Positions 51,550 to 60,690 of a stretch of DNA of 64,000 nucleotides are shown here, piece by piece. The DNA comes from Candidatus Moraniibacteriota bacterium (GTDB lineage: Bacteria; Patescibacteriota; Minisyncoccia; Moranbacterales; GCA-2747515). The translations under genes were made by a program, and so were the position numbers. Each line of letters opens with the position of its first letter. Within the stretch, counting starts at the first letter, position 1. Under the pieces are notes generated by a model. The model ran no database searches, was not told the DNA's origin, and saw only the letters and a list, made by a program, of their open reading frames with translations. The stretch covers positions 385,734 to 449,733 of the forward strand of contig CP175956.1 of assembly GCA_046116545.1 (NCBI GenBank), read 5' to 3'.

Positions 51550-51954
51550 TCATTCAGGACGAACTATATATTCTTTGAAGATTTCAACTAATTTTCCATC
51601 CTCAGTATATCCTGTAATACGTCTATAACGCCGAGCAGTTTCTCCTTTGATTTCTTTTTCAAGAAAATTTAAAATTAATTTTGGAAAATCTTCAACCATC
51701 CTATCTATATCAGCACAATCTATAATATGCATCTCATCAAAAACCGATGAGAGATGATCCGTCTTATGATATTCTTTTTTACAAGTGCCGTCGCATCTGC
51801 CAAATACATCTAAATAAATGCTCAAAAAATACTTCCCACTCGAATATAATCTTAAGTGAACGCCTTTATGACATATCATAACAAAATCTTTAGTATCATT
51901 TGACTCATGGGTACTTGATATTGGACCAAAAAAAGTCATTGGCATGTCTTTCAT
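51550..51954 (-). CDS. Hypothetical protein (ORFan array gene 2)
   Basis: AGAGGA SD. Confidence 0.55.
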   Translation of the reverse strand: MKDMPMTFFGPISSTHESNDTKDFVMICHKGVHLRLYSSGKYFLSIYLDVFGRCDGTCKKEYHKTDHLSSVFDEMHIIDCADIDRMVEDFPKLILNFLEKEIKGETARRYRRITGYTEDGKLVEIFKEYIVRPE

Positions 51955-51970
51955 ATTACATCCTCTTTTT

Positions 51971-52058
51971 TTAAAGAAAAACTACTCTCCTACAAAATCA
52001 TGAACTATTCATAATTTTGATTAGAGGGGTAAGCAGTTTAGATTTAAACTTCTTACCC
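51971..52058 (-). repeat. Structured intergenic repeat, copy 3
   Basis: GGGTAAGAAG..CTTACCC then CAAAATTATGAA-tag-TTCATGATTTTG-TAGGAG. Confidence 0.65.
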
Positions 52059-52073
52059 TTATGCTGGAATGGA

Positions 52074-52409
52074 CTACCTATAGTCCGCACCTGTTACCAC
52101 ACTTCTAAAGAAATACTCAAATCTCCAACTAGTATCATAATGTTCATAAAATCTTATTTCCTTTATTAATTCTCTTACTCTCTCTATTGTTTCTTTCGGC
52201 ATAAAAATATCAACTGCCCTATTCAATTTATTATTCTTAACATTCTCAAATATGCCCTGTAACAACTCATATAACTCCCTCTGTCTTTTAGAACTATCCA
52301 CAGCAATACCAGATACTACTATTTTCATATCATTGATATAAAAAGTGTATTGTATTGAACATGATACGCTCATTCCCATTCCTTCCTGCAAAGTAACTTT
52401 CATTATCAT
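52074..52409 (-). CDS. Hypothetical protein (ORFan array gene 1)
   Basis: AGGGAG SD; TTGACT-17-TATTAT promoter at about 52484-52512. Confidence 0.5.
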   Translation of the reverse strand: MIMKVTLQEGMGMSVSCSIQYTFYINDMKIVVSGIAVDSSKRQRELYELLQGIFENVKNNKLNRAVDIFMPKETIERVRELIKEIRFYEHYDTSWRFEYFFRSVVTGADYR

Positions 52410-52590
52410 CTCCCTATTTTTGAGTTATTTTCTTTAAAAAAACTGTTTATTACGATTTCTTTAGTGTTTCATCGTAACAGTGTATAATACCCCATTTTTA
52501 CAAGGAAGTCAATATTTGTGTCTAGTTTTATGTTGTAAAATGCTTATTTTTTGTGTTAAATGCTAGGTTTGTGGGTTATTTTATATTTAG

Positions 52591-52631
52591 TAGTCAGTAT
52601 TATTGACTATTTGGGTTATTTGTGATATACT
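52591..52631 (+). promoter_or_regulatory. Promoter of the trmB-like gene with an overlapping palindrome
   Basis: TAGTCA-N7-TGACTA overlapping TTGACT, 17 nt, TG-extended TATACT. Confidence 0.55.
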
Positions 52632-52650
52632 TGTGTTATCCTAAGGCTTT

Positions 52651-52849
52651 CGTCATTACGGGGAGGTACGACGAGGCAATCTCGATAAATTTTACGATAA
52701 TCTTACTGAGTTTGCTTCCTCGTCGTACCTCCTCCTCGCAAAGACAATAGTCCTCTATTTGTCATTCCCGCGAAGGCGGGAATTTTTCGAAAAGTACAGA
52801 TACATTCATTTTACATGCAGAAAGATACCTGCCTTCGCAGGTATGACAC
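52651..52849. repeat. Tandem pair of RPE/REP-like elements
   Basis: GTCATTACGGGAGGTACGACGAGGCAATCTC...CGTCGTACCTCCTCCTCGCAAAGACA and TGTCATTCCCGCGAAGGCGGGAAT...ACCTGCCTTCGCAGGTATGACA. Confidence 0.7.
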
Positions 52850-52905
52850 AATTAATTTCACGGGACTAGTCTACTACTAACTTAATCCTTATAAATCAAA
52901 ATATT

Positions 52906-53649
52906 ATGGAAAAAGTAAAAGCACTTGAGGATTTGGGACTTAGTGAGAAGGAAGCAAAAGTTTATCTTGCTCTTTTGGAGTTGGGTCAGGCTTCTGCTTA
53001 TCGCGTGGCTCAGAAATCCGGTGTCAAAAAACCAACAACTTATGTGTTGTTGGATGAACTTCGGAAGAAGGAACTAGTTATCAAGATGCCCGGAGATGCT
53101 ACTCAGATGTTTATTGCCAAATCTCCTGAGGAGTTTTTTGCATCTGCGAGGTATCGAGTTAATAATGCTATTGAGAGTTTGCCTGAGATTCTCTCTGTCA
53201 TGAAAAAACAAAACAAAGTACGTACTATGTACTTTGAAGGCATCAATGGCTTAAAACAAGCACTGTGGCATGAAATGAAGTCGAATGCTGGTGGTGAACT
53301 CATTGGGTTTTATGCTAAGGCTGAAAATATGAGTAAAGAGCTCTATGACCTGACATGGAAGTGGGCTGAAGATACAAAAAAATACGATATATCATTAAGG
53401 GGTTTTGTACCTACACATGATACTGTCACGGACTATCGTAAAGCTGACAAAAAATATAATCGTGAGATGAGACCACTGCCCTACGAAGATTATTCATCAG
53501 AAACATCTCTTGATGTAATGAATGACTTTGTTCGCATAATTGATCTAACTGCAGATAATCCTCAAGCAATAATTATAGAAAATGAGCGAATGGCAAAAAT
53601 GGTAAGACAAATTTTTGAAATGATGTGGAAATTAACCACTCCTAGTTAA
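52906..53649 (+). CDS. TrmB-family transcriptional regulator
   Basis: LGLSEKEAKVYLALLELG.ASA..VA.KSG.K.PTTY..L; YFEG..GLK; IIIEN...A...QIFE..W. Confidence 0.85.
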   Translation: MEKVKALEDLGLSEKEAKVYLALLELGQASAYRVAQKSGVKKPTTYVLLDELRKKELVIKMPGDATQMFIAKSPEEFFASARYRVNNAIESLPEILSVMKKQNKVRTMYFEGINGLKQALWHEMKSNAGGELIGFYAKAENMSKELYDLTWKWAEDTKKYDISLRGFVPTHDTVTDYRKADKKYNREMRPLPYEDYSSETSLDVMNDFVRIIDLTADNPQAIIIENERMAKMVRQIFEMMWKLTTPS

Positions 53650-53755
53650 ATAGGTTTATTTTTATGAATTGAACTATATATAATGCTATCGAAAGATTCC
53701 CGCCAGAGTTTATACTCGAGCTTGCTCAAGTGCTGGAATGACAAAGTGATATCAT

Positions 53756-53940
53756 TAGACTTTTTGCAGAACTATTCAATTGTACTTGCCGTATTCAGAA
53801 CATGAGCTAGGTGAAATATGTCCTCGGATAGAAATATCTAAACTAATAATTCTATGACATATTTATAGCTTTGAGATCTCTCGACTCCGCTATCACTATA
53901 CTCAAGATGGCAAATTCATGAGGATTTTGTAAGAAGTCTA
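53756..53940. mobile_element. MITE-like element with imperfect terminal inverted repeats
   Basis: Left TAGACTTTTTGCAGAA, right end reverse complement TAGACTTCTTACAAAA; degenerate REP-like interior; REP half at 53693-53743 adjacent. Confidence 0.45.
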
Positions 53941-53984
53941 TTATAAAAAGCCTCTGGAATATAAATATTCCAGAGGCTTTTTTT

Positions 53985-54443
53985 CTACAACCTTACCCAA
54001 TTTATTTCATTATAACAACTTTTTGTTTGTATAAAAAAATATCTTTTATTACAATGTCTTACGTCTATAATTTCTGCGTGACGACAAGCTCCTGTAAAAT
54101 GGCTAGTATCTCCATTATGACTGATTTTAATGTTATGACTCATTTGCTGTGAAAAGTCTTTTCTTGGTAATCCAAAATTTTCTATCTTATCTCTATCATA
54201 AATTTCTGACTCATAATAATCAAACAATCTTATATCACCAAATCTGGATATTTGCTTAATTACCCTGATCTGCAATGAGCCGCTTACAAGTATCCTCTCT
54301 TCCTGAGTACTTACTACATGTCCTGTAAGTTTAATAAATTCCATTGGGACAACTATTGCTCCGCCATTTATTGGCACATCAAACCTCTCCTGTGCTGGTT
54401 GAAATAAACATTTTCTTACTTGTACTCTTTCCTCTCGATCCAT
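53985..54443 (-). CDS. Hypothetical protein
   Basis: GGGAGG SD; bidirectional terminator at about 53945-53984. Confidence 0.55.
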   Translation of the reverse strand: MDREERVQVRKCLFQPAQERFDVPINGGAIVVPMEFIKLTGHVVSTQEERILVSGSLQIRVIKQISRFGDIRLFDYYESEIYDRDKIENFGLPRKDFSQQMSHNIKISHNGDTSHFTGACRHAEIIDVRHCNKRYFFIQTKSCYNEINWVRL

Positions 54444-54601
54444 AAGTATCCTCCCTGTTTATAAACATAGGCCTACTGCAAATGAACATATTTTAAGTAA
54501 CTATTTCTATCCCTAAATTAACATTTTTGCAATAAAAAAACAACCCAGAACTTTCAAAACTAGATTGTTTTTTATTTTAATAATTCTATATAACTACTTG
54601 C

Positions 54602-54835
54602 CTATAGAAGTCCCATTAAATTGAATAGAGTCATCGTCATTGCTGGCACTAATGCTAACAATACAGCGAACTCTGTGTCGTTTGAGTGTTTGTGCAATCG
54701 AAAACTTTTCATTTGTGTTTGCCCTGTTTCTGTTGATGTTGATTCCTCTGTTGTTGGTTCTTCTGGTGTTACTACAGCATCTTCATCACCACCACATTGG
54801 CAGCCACATGTTGCACATTTTTTTAATTCAGCCAT
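54602..54835 (-). CDS. Small protein with CxxCxCxC motif and C-terminal hydrophobic helix
   Basis: MAELKKCATCGCQC; acidic linker; FAVLLALVPAMTMTLFNLMGLL; own promoter at 55052-55080. Confidence 0.6.
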   Translation of the reverse strand: MAELKKCATCGCQCGGDEDAVVTPEEPTTEESTSTETGQTQMKSFRLHKHSNDTEFAVLLALVPAMTMTLFNLMGLL

Positions 54836-55093
54836 ATGTTTATATTTATTTTAATTAATTTTATTTTTGTTTTTTCTTGCTTTACTTTTTTATATTCTAT
54901 TGTCTTTTACTTTTTCTATGATGCAATATATTGCATGTCACTTTTGTATCTTATTAAGCCGAGGACCAGTTTTTCATAATCGACCAAAAAAAGAAAAACC
55001 GGGTGACATTGGTCTCGATGACCCACCCGGCTTTAATTCATCAATATAACTATTATAGCACGCAAAAACGCTTTTGTCAAACTAGCAAAAAGA

Positions 55094-56269
55094 ATGTATT
55101 ATTCAACTATGAATATACATTTTCTCAAATCAAAAAAGTTTTATATCTCTTGTTGTGTTTTAATAATGATTGGCACGATTGGTTTTCTTGCTCCAAAACT
55201 TATAGCAAAAAATGAACCTGTTCCCACATTTGCTATTCCTCCCTTTATAGAAAAGAAAGTTGTAATAACTGAACCTGTAAAAGTATGGCCAGTTCCTGAT
55301 ATGGCAAAAATGAAAACTAACGGCTGTGTTGCTGATGGACTTTTGAGTGGTTACAATCGTACAAGTAAAGATGTGAAAGTTGCTCATGATAGTGATTGTT
55401 ACTATTTTTCACGTGCTATTGAAACATGGTTAGACTCCCCTGACTTTCGTGAGGCGGGGAAAATTATGAAGAAGGTAAATAGAGACGATGTCTTGTATGG
55501 AATGTTTATAGCTGAAGCTATAAATAAAAAAGAGAATTATGTTTACTACGAAGAAGATAGAAAGTTTGACTTTGGTGAGATGTGTAAAAAAAATAGCAAA
55601 AATTTTTGGGGTGAGCACACTTGTAAACCATCCCTAGCCGAAGAAGAATACCGTAAATATTTAAAACAAATTACTCATGAAGCTATGGATATGGGCCTAC
55701 AAGTTTTTCTATTTGGTCAAATATACCATCAAGAAGAAGATTTGGATGAACCGTGGGCACCAATCGTACTCGAAGATATGCGTGAATATGCGAAAAGTAA
55801 AAATATGCATATTATAATTGGTGCTCAAACAAATGATATTAATGATTCTGAATATTTAAATTTATTTGACTTTATAGAAGGTGGTGTGGGACTTCATGTT
55901 GATGGTACTGTTGAGGATGGTCCTTGCTTCTCTCGGTGGCATGATGGTGAAAGTGGTTGGTGTTGGGCACTGCTATGGAATGATAAGTTCAAAAATGATG
56001 CAAAAAATGTATTTGTGCATTTTGATTGGAGTGGTGTCAAAGGTGATGATATGAGTACATTTGCTCGTATGAGCACAGAGTTACGTCATGAAACTCTATA
56101 CAATTTATACCATAAATTTAATTCTCAAGATGTTGGCTTTCTCATGCCTATTATATCACCTCTTCCAAAAGACAATGGTGGTTGTTATGGTCCTCGCAAA
56201 AGCTTTTATTCACCTAGCATGAAATATGACTGTAAAGATTTAGATGCTATAAATGAAATACTACCTTAA
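55094..56269 (+). CDS. Hypothetical exported/membrane-anchored protein
   Basis: N-terminal TM; several Cys; 391 aa; terminator at about 56300-56333. Confidence 0.65.
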   Translation: MYYSTMNIHFLKSKKFYISCCVLIMIGTIGFLAPKLIAKNEPVPTFAIPPFIEKKVVITEPVKVWPVPDMAKMKTNGCVADGLLSGYNRTSKDVKVAHDSDCYYFSRAIETWLDSPDFREAGKIMKKVNRDDVLYGMFIAEAINKKENYVYYEEDRKFDFGEMCKKNSKNFWGEHTCKPSLAEEEYRKYLKQITHEAMDMGLQVFLFGQIYHQEEDLDEPWAPIVLEDMREYAKSKNMHIIIGAQTNDINDSEYLNLFDFIEGGVGLHVDGTVEDGPCFSRWHDGESGWCWALLWNDKFKNDAKNVFVHFDWSGVKGDDMSTFARMSTELRHETLYNLYHKFNSQDVGFLMPIISPLPKDNGGCYGPRKSFYSPSMKYDCKDLDAINEILP

Positions 56270-56352
56270 CTAAGTTTAAGGATGTATTTTTACAAAAACA
56301 AAAACCACTCTATAAAAAGTAGAGTGGTTTTTTATGCATGCGTTACTAAAAT

Positions 56353-59300
56353 CTAGTCTTGAACAACTGGTGTCCAATTATCAGATCCTGTACATACGAA
56401 TAGGTATACTTCTGAAGAATTACCTCCAACAGTAACCGTACTTCCATTAGTGTCCACAAATATTTCACCTGTAGAACATCCCGCTGGTGCAGAAGTTCCA
56501 TGATCAATTATTGTATGTGCACTACTGAAGTCTGCATCACCATCAACTGACAAATCATTTGCAATAGTAACATCATTACTTACAGTAATATTATCAGCAT
56601 CAAGGTCATCTACATCGTCAATATCAGTATCACCCATATCGATACCTCCATTAGCTGTAAGAAGTCCAGATAATGTAGCAGTTCCAATATTTGTAATATT
56701 GCCACCATTCATATCTAGTCCACCTGTGATGTTTAATCCACCTGATGAAACTGTAAGAGTGTCACCAAACGTAGATGTTGTTGTAACACTTAATGAATCT
56801 ACATCAGCATTACTTGCAATAGTTATGCCTTCAAACATTGCATCACCAGTTGCTCGTATTTCCCAATCAGCGTCAAAGATTGCTGTATCAGCACCATTAT
56901 GACCAATTCTGATTTGAGCTGCATCAGCTCCAGCTGTTCCAAGATTTATAACTGAATCAGGTCCTCCTGTATTATCAGCATTTGTAAGACCTGTTAAGAA
57001 ATTCAATGAATCAGCATAGATTGTAGACCATCTAGATCCACTCGTACCAAGAGCATCACCAGTAATTACACCGTCAACATCAAGATTAGTTTTACCTACT
57101 CCTGCATTACGGATATTTAATGTATTACTTGTTGATACTAACTCACCACCAACCATAGACAATGTACCATCAGTTATTTCTGTTGCAGTAACTGTTCCAG
57201 TAGTTGTCAAAGCTATATCATCAGCTAAGTCATCATTTGTTATAGTCCCATCTAAAATTTTATCAGTTGTAACTGCATCGCTAGCAAGTTTTACATTTGT
57301 TACAGCAGTATCTGCTAATTTTGCAGAAGAAACTGCTAGATCAGCAATTTTAGCTGTTGTTACTGCATTGTCTCTAATCGCTAGAGTTGCATATTGACCA
57401 AACACATCACCATCAAAATTTGTAGTTGTATATAGACCATTTGTTACAGTGTCTGCATTTCCTGTTAGGTCTCCTATGAAATTAGGAGAAGTAATAGTAC
57501 TAGTTGTAGCAATTGTAATATCATTTGCTAAATCATCACCTGTAATTGTATTATCTACAACCTTATCAGTTGTAACAGCATCACTAGCAAGTTTTACATT
57601 TGTTATAGCAGCATCTGCAATTTTAGCTGTTGTTACTGCACTGTCAACTATTTTAGCTGTTGTTACTGAATTATCTGCAAGTTTAGCAGGTGTAATTGCA
57701 CTGTCTGCAATTTTACCTTCTACTATTGAAGCATCAGCAATTTTACTTGTTATTACTGAACCGTCTGCAAGCTTAGAAGTAGTTACAGCAGTATCAACAA
57801 TTTTAGCTGTTGTTACTGAACCGTCTGCTAGTTTTATTTCTGTTATTGCGTTATTTAGCACCTTTGCAGTAGTAACTGCATCATCTGCTAAATCAATTGT
57901 AACTATTGTACCATCTTCTATTTTTCCACTTGTTACAGCACCGTCAACTATTTTAATAGTAGTCACACTACCATCAGCAAGTTTTACAGTCGTTATAATT
58001 CCATCTGCAAGATCTCCTACCAAAATTGTACCATCAACTATTTTACCAGTTGTAACACTATTATCAGCAAGTTTTATAGTTGTTATAGCTCCATCTACAA
58101 GTTTTCCGCCTGTGATCGTAGCATCAAGAATTTTTGCAGCAGTTACAGAACCATCAGCAAGTTTTACAGTTGTTATAGCTAAATCTTCAACCTTTGAAGT
58201 TACTACAGCACCATCTGCTAATTTTATTTCTGTTATTGCATTATCTTGAATCTTTGCAGTAGATACTGAACCATCTGCAAGATTTGTTTCAACTATAGTA
58301 CCATTTGCTAATTTACCAGCAGTTACAGCACCATCAGCAATTTTACTTGTTATTACTGAACCATCTGCAAGTTTAGAAACAATAACTGCACTATCAGCTA
58401 ATTGAATACTACCAACTCCCCCATCGGCAATACCTATATCATCAGTTCCAACAGTTATTCCTGTTCCTGCTCCAATATTTAGAGTTACTGTAGCAGTAGT
58501 TCCACCACCAGTAAGTCCATCACCAGCAACAACATCACTTATAGTACCTGTTCCAACATTTGCTTCTATTGTCCAAGAACCATCAACATTATTTGTAACA
58601 GTTGTGTTTGGACCAGCAACAATTGACTTCACCATGCTTCCATCAGAAGCAAGTTTATCTCCTGTCAAAGTTCCATCAGCTACTTGAGCTCCTGTGATTT
58701 GACCCACAATTTTTGAAGCTGCAACACCTGTTAACCAAGATGGATCATTGTATGAACCAGTTGTATAAACACCATCAGTTACAGTTTCTGCATTTCCTGT
58801 AATGTTTGCAACTACATCAGATGTGAATGTTTTTACACCATCTATGATTTGATCACCAATAGTATAAACACCATTAGTTACAGTATCTGCATTACCTGTT
58901 AAATTTCCATTTATATTTCCTGCTGTAATATCACCAGTTGTAGTAATGTTTCCACCAGTTAGCACTGTAGTTCCATCAGTAAATGATAGCGCTGTTACAG
59001 TACCTGTTGAATTAATAGTAATATCAGCAGCTAATTTTACCCCACTAATTTCACCATCTCCTATTTTTACATTTGTTACAGCACCATCGGCAATTTTCAC
59101 TGTAGTCACAGATCCATCTGCTAATTTTACTGTTGTTACAGCACCATCTGCTAATTTACCATTAGTTACTGCTCCATTTTCTATTTTTGCAGTCATCACT
59201 GCATCATCTGCAAGTTTCACACCAGTAATAGCACCATCAGTGATTTTACCAGTTGTTATACTTCCATCTGCAAGTTTTATATTTGTTATTGCTCCATTCT

Positions 59301-59760
59301 CTACTTTTGCAGTAGAAACAGCACCATCGGCAATTTTGACAGAAACAACTGCTCCATCCATTATCTTGCCAGATACTATAGCACCGTCTTCGATCTTTAC
59401 ACTTGTAATAGATCCATCTTCAAGTTTGGTTGCAGTCAAAACTCCGTCTTTAAGATCATCCGCTTGGATTTGACCATCAAGATCAAGTTTTTTGTATGCA
59501 ATTTTTGCATTACTTGAGATATCTTCGTTCTTAATTCGTTTTGCAAATGTAATCATTTGCGCAACAGTACCATCCTTAAGTACTACCGGCACCATACTCC
59601 TAACTATAGCTTCTCTAGTTTTTGCATTTGTTTGCAAAAAACTAATACCCACCACTAAAACAGTAACCATCGCAATGATTGTTACTTTTTGTAGAGATGA
59701 TACTCCACGCTTCACATTTATGAAACGAGCTTCTCCTCTTTTATCGTTTTTTAAATTCAT
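56353..59760 (-). CDS. Fibre/adhesin-like protein with 10-aa (D/N)GAVTTxK(I/L)A repeats (WIAG-tail/tail-fibre-like)
   Basis: N-terminal TM; dozens of decamer repeats; repeated GNA(D/E)TVT(N/D)G(V/L)YT; C-terminal APAGCSTGEIFVDT..FVC..NW. Confidence 0.75.
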   Translation of the reverse strand: MNLKNDKRGEARFINVKRGVSSLQKVTIIAMVTVLVVGISFLQTNAKTREAIVRSMVPVVLKDGTVAQMITFAKRIKNEDISSNAKIAYKKLDLDGQIQADDLKDGVLTATKLEDGSITSVKIEDGAIVSGKIMDGAVVSVKIADGAVSTAKVENGAITNIKLADGSITTGKITDGAITGVKLADDAVMTAKIENGAVTNGKLADGAVTTVKLADGSVTTVKIADGAVTNVKIGDGEISGVKLAADITINSTGTVTALSFTDGTTVLTGGNITTTGDITAGNINGNLTGNADTVTNGVYTIGDQIIDGVKTFTSDVVANITGNAETVTDGVYTTGSYNDPSWLTGVAASKIVGQITGAQVADGTLTGDKLASDGSMVKSIVAGPNTTVTNNVDGSWTIEANVGTGTISDVVAGDGLTGGGTTATVTLNIGAGTGITVGTDDIGIADGGVGSIQLADSAVIVSKLADGSVITSKIADGAVTAGKLANGTIVETNLADGSVSTAKIQDNAITEIKLADGAVVTSKVEDLAITTVKLADGSVTAAKILDATITGGKLVDGAITTIKLADNSVTTGKIVDGTILVGDLADGIITTVKLADGSVTTIKIVDGAVTSGKIEDGTIVTIDLADDAVTTAKVLNNAITEIKLADGSVTTAKIVDTAVTTSKLADGSVITSKIADASIVEGKIADSAITPAKLADNSVTTAKIVDSAVTTAKIADAAITNVKLASDAVTTDKVVDNTITGDDLANDITIATTSTITSPNFIGDLTGNADTVTNGLYTTTNFDGDVFGQYATLAIRDNAVTTAKIADLAVSSAKLADTAVTNVKLASDAVTTDKILDGTITNDDLADDIALTTTGTVTATEITDGTLSMVGGELVSTSNTLNIRNAGVGKTNLDVDGVITGDALGTSGSRWSTIYADSLNFLTGLTNADNTGGPDSVINLGTAGADAAQIRIGHNGADTAIFDADWEIRATGDAMFEGITIASNADVDSLSVTTTSTFGDTLTVSSGGLNITGGLDMNGGNITNIGTATLSGLLTANGGIDMGDTDIDDVDDLDADNITVSNDVTIANDLSVDGDADFSSAHTIIDHGTSAPAGCSTGEIFVDTNGSTVTVGGNSSEVYLFVCTGSDNWTPVVQD

Positions 59761-59915
59761 AATGTTTTAAATTAACAAATTAATAACATTTTAAAATAAC
59801 CATATACTTTAGCATGTTTTATAAATTTTGTCAATACTCTATCTACACTAAAACAAAAAAACGCATCAATGCTGTGCATTGATACGTTTTTTATGTTTTC
59901 TTTAAATTTTGAAAA

Positions 59916-60527
59916 TTATTTTATAAAATCAGATTCATTCACATTAAAATCTATTGAATTGAAAAATGCTTCAAAATCCTTTCTGAAAAAATCATATTGT
60001 TGTTCACCTGTTCCACATATCATAAAATAATTAAGATTATTGTTTGATACAAATACTTGCTCAAGCTGAACTCGTGCACCTATTGGATCAAGAAATGAAA
60101 ACGAAACTTTAAAAGCATCTTTTCCATCAATTAACACTTTTTCTTTTGAAATTATTTTAAAATCCTTTGCATTTTTACTCATCTCACCTGTTATCTCTTG
60201 GGCTAACTCATCTATCTTTTTTGAATAATCAAGTTTTGGTCCATCTATACGCACATCACAGCCTGTTCTATTGTCAGTTTTCAACTTTATCCCAACAACA
60301 TAACCTTCACCATATTTATTTTGTATATCTCCATCAATTTCAAAAATTGTAGAATACTCAAATTTTATATTTGGCGCAAGTCCCTTATATTCTTTTATTT
60401 CCACTTGTTGTAATTGAAAATTAAATCTCCACCCAAACATATCGTTTTGAGAAAAATAATACAAAAATCCAGAAATAATGAACAATGTAATTAAAATTCC
60501 TATTAACACTTTTATTGAACTTTTCAT
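59916..60527 (-). CDS. Membrane-anchored PsbP/DcrB-like protein
   Basis: TM helix; IDGKDAFKVSF, F..FFNSI.F ending typical of the Mog1/PsbP fold. Confidence 0.55.
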   Translation of the reverse strand: MKSSIKVLIGILITLFIISGFLYYFSQNDMFGWRFNFQLQQVEIKEYKGLAPNIKFEYSTIFEIDGDIQNKYGEGYVVGIKLKTDNRTGCDVRIDGPKLDYSKKIDELAQEITGEMSKNAKDFKIISKEKVLIDGKDAFKVSFSFLDPIGARVQLEQVFVSNNNLNYFMICGTGEQQYDFFRKDFEAFFNSIDFNVNESDFIK

Positions 60528-60690
60528 AATCCTACTTATTTAAAAACTATAATAATATAAAACTATAGCATATTTTTGAAGGATTGTCAATGATACAAAA
60601 TTTAATTAAAACAAGGTTGGTTTTTAAAAACCAACCTTGTTTTACTACTTTAGCGTTCCCACTCCCCCTAAATATCCTTATTTAGTCGTA

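Noticed and set aside
50864-52058. CRISPR array or classical integron attC array
   Set aside because: Repeats are degenerate and separated by whole genes; no cas genes, attC core sites or IntI-type integrase seen
52591-52609. Additional NrtR site (TAGTCA-N7-TGACTA)
   Set aside because: Same spacing but a different core from the GT-N7-AC-type sites; more likely the operator of the adjacent TrmB-like regulator
57449-59473. Long plus-strand ORFs (266 and 175 aa)
   Set aside because: Antisense shadows caused by the codon pattern of the repeat protein
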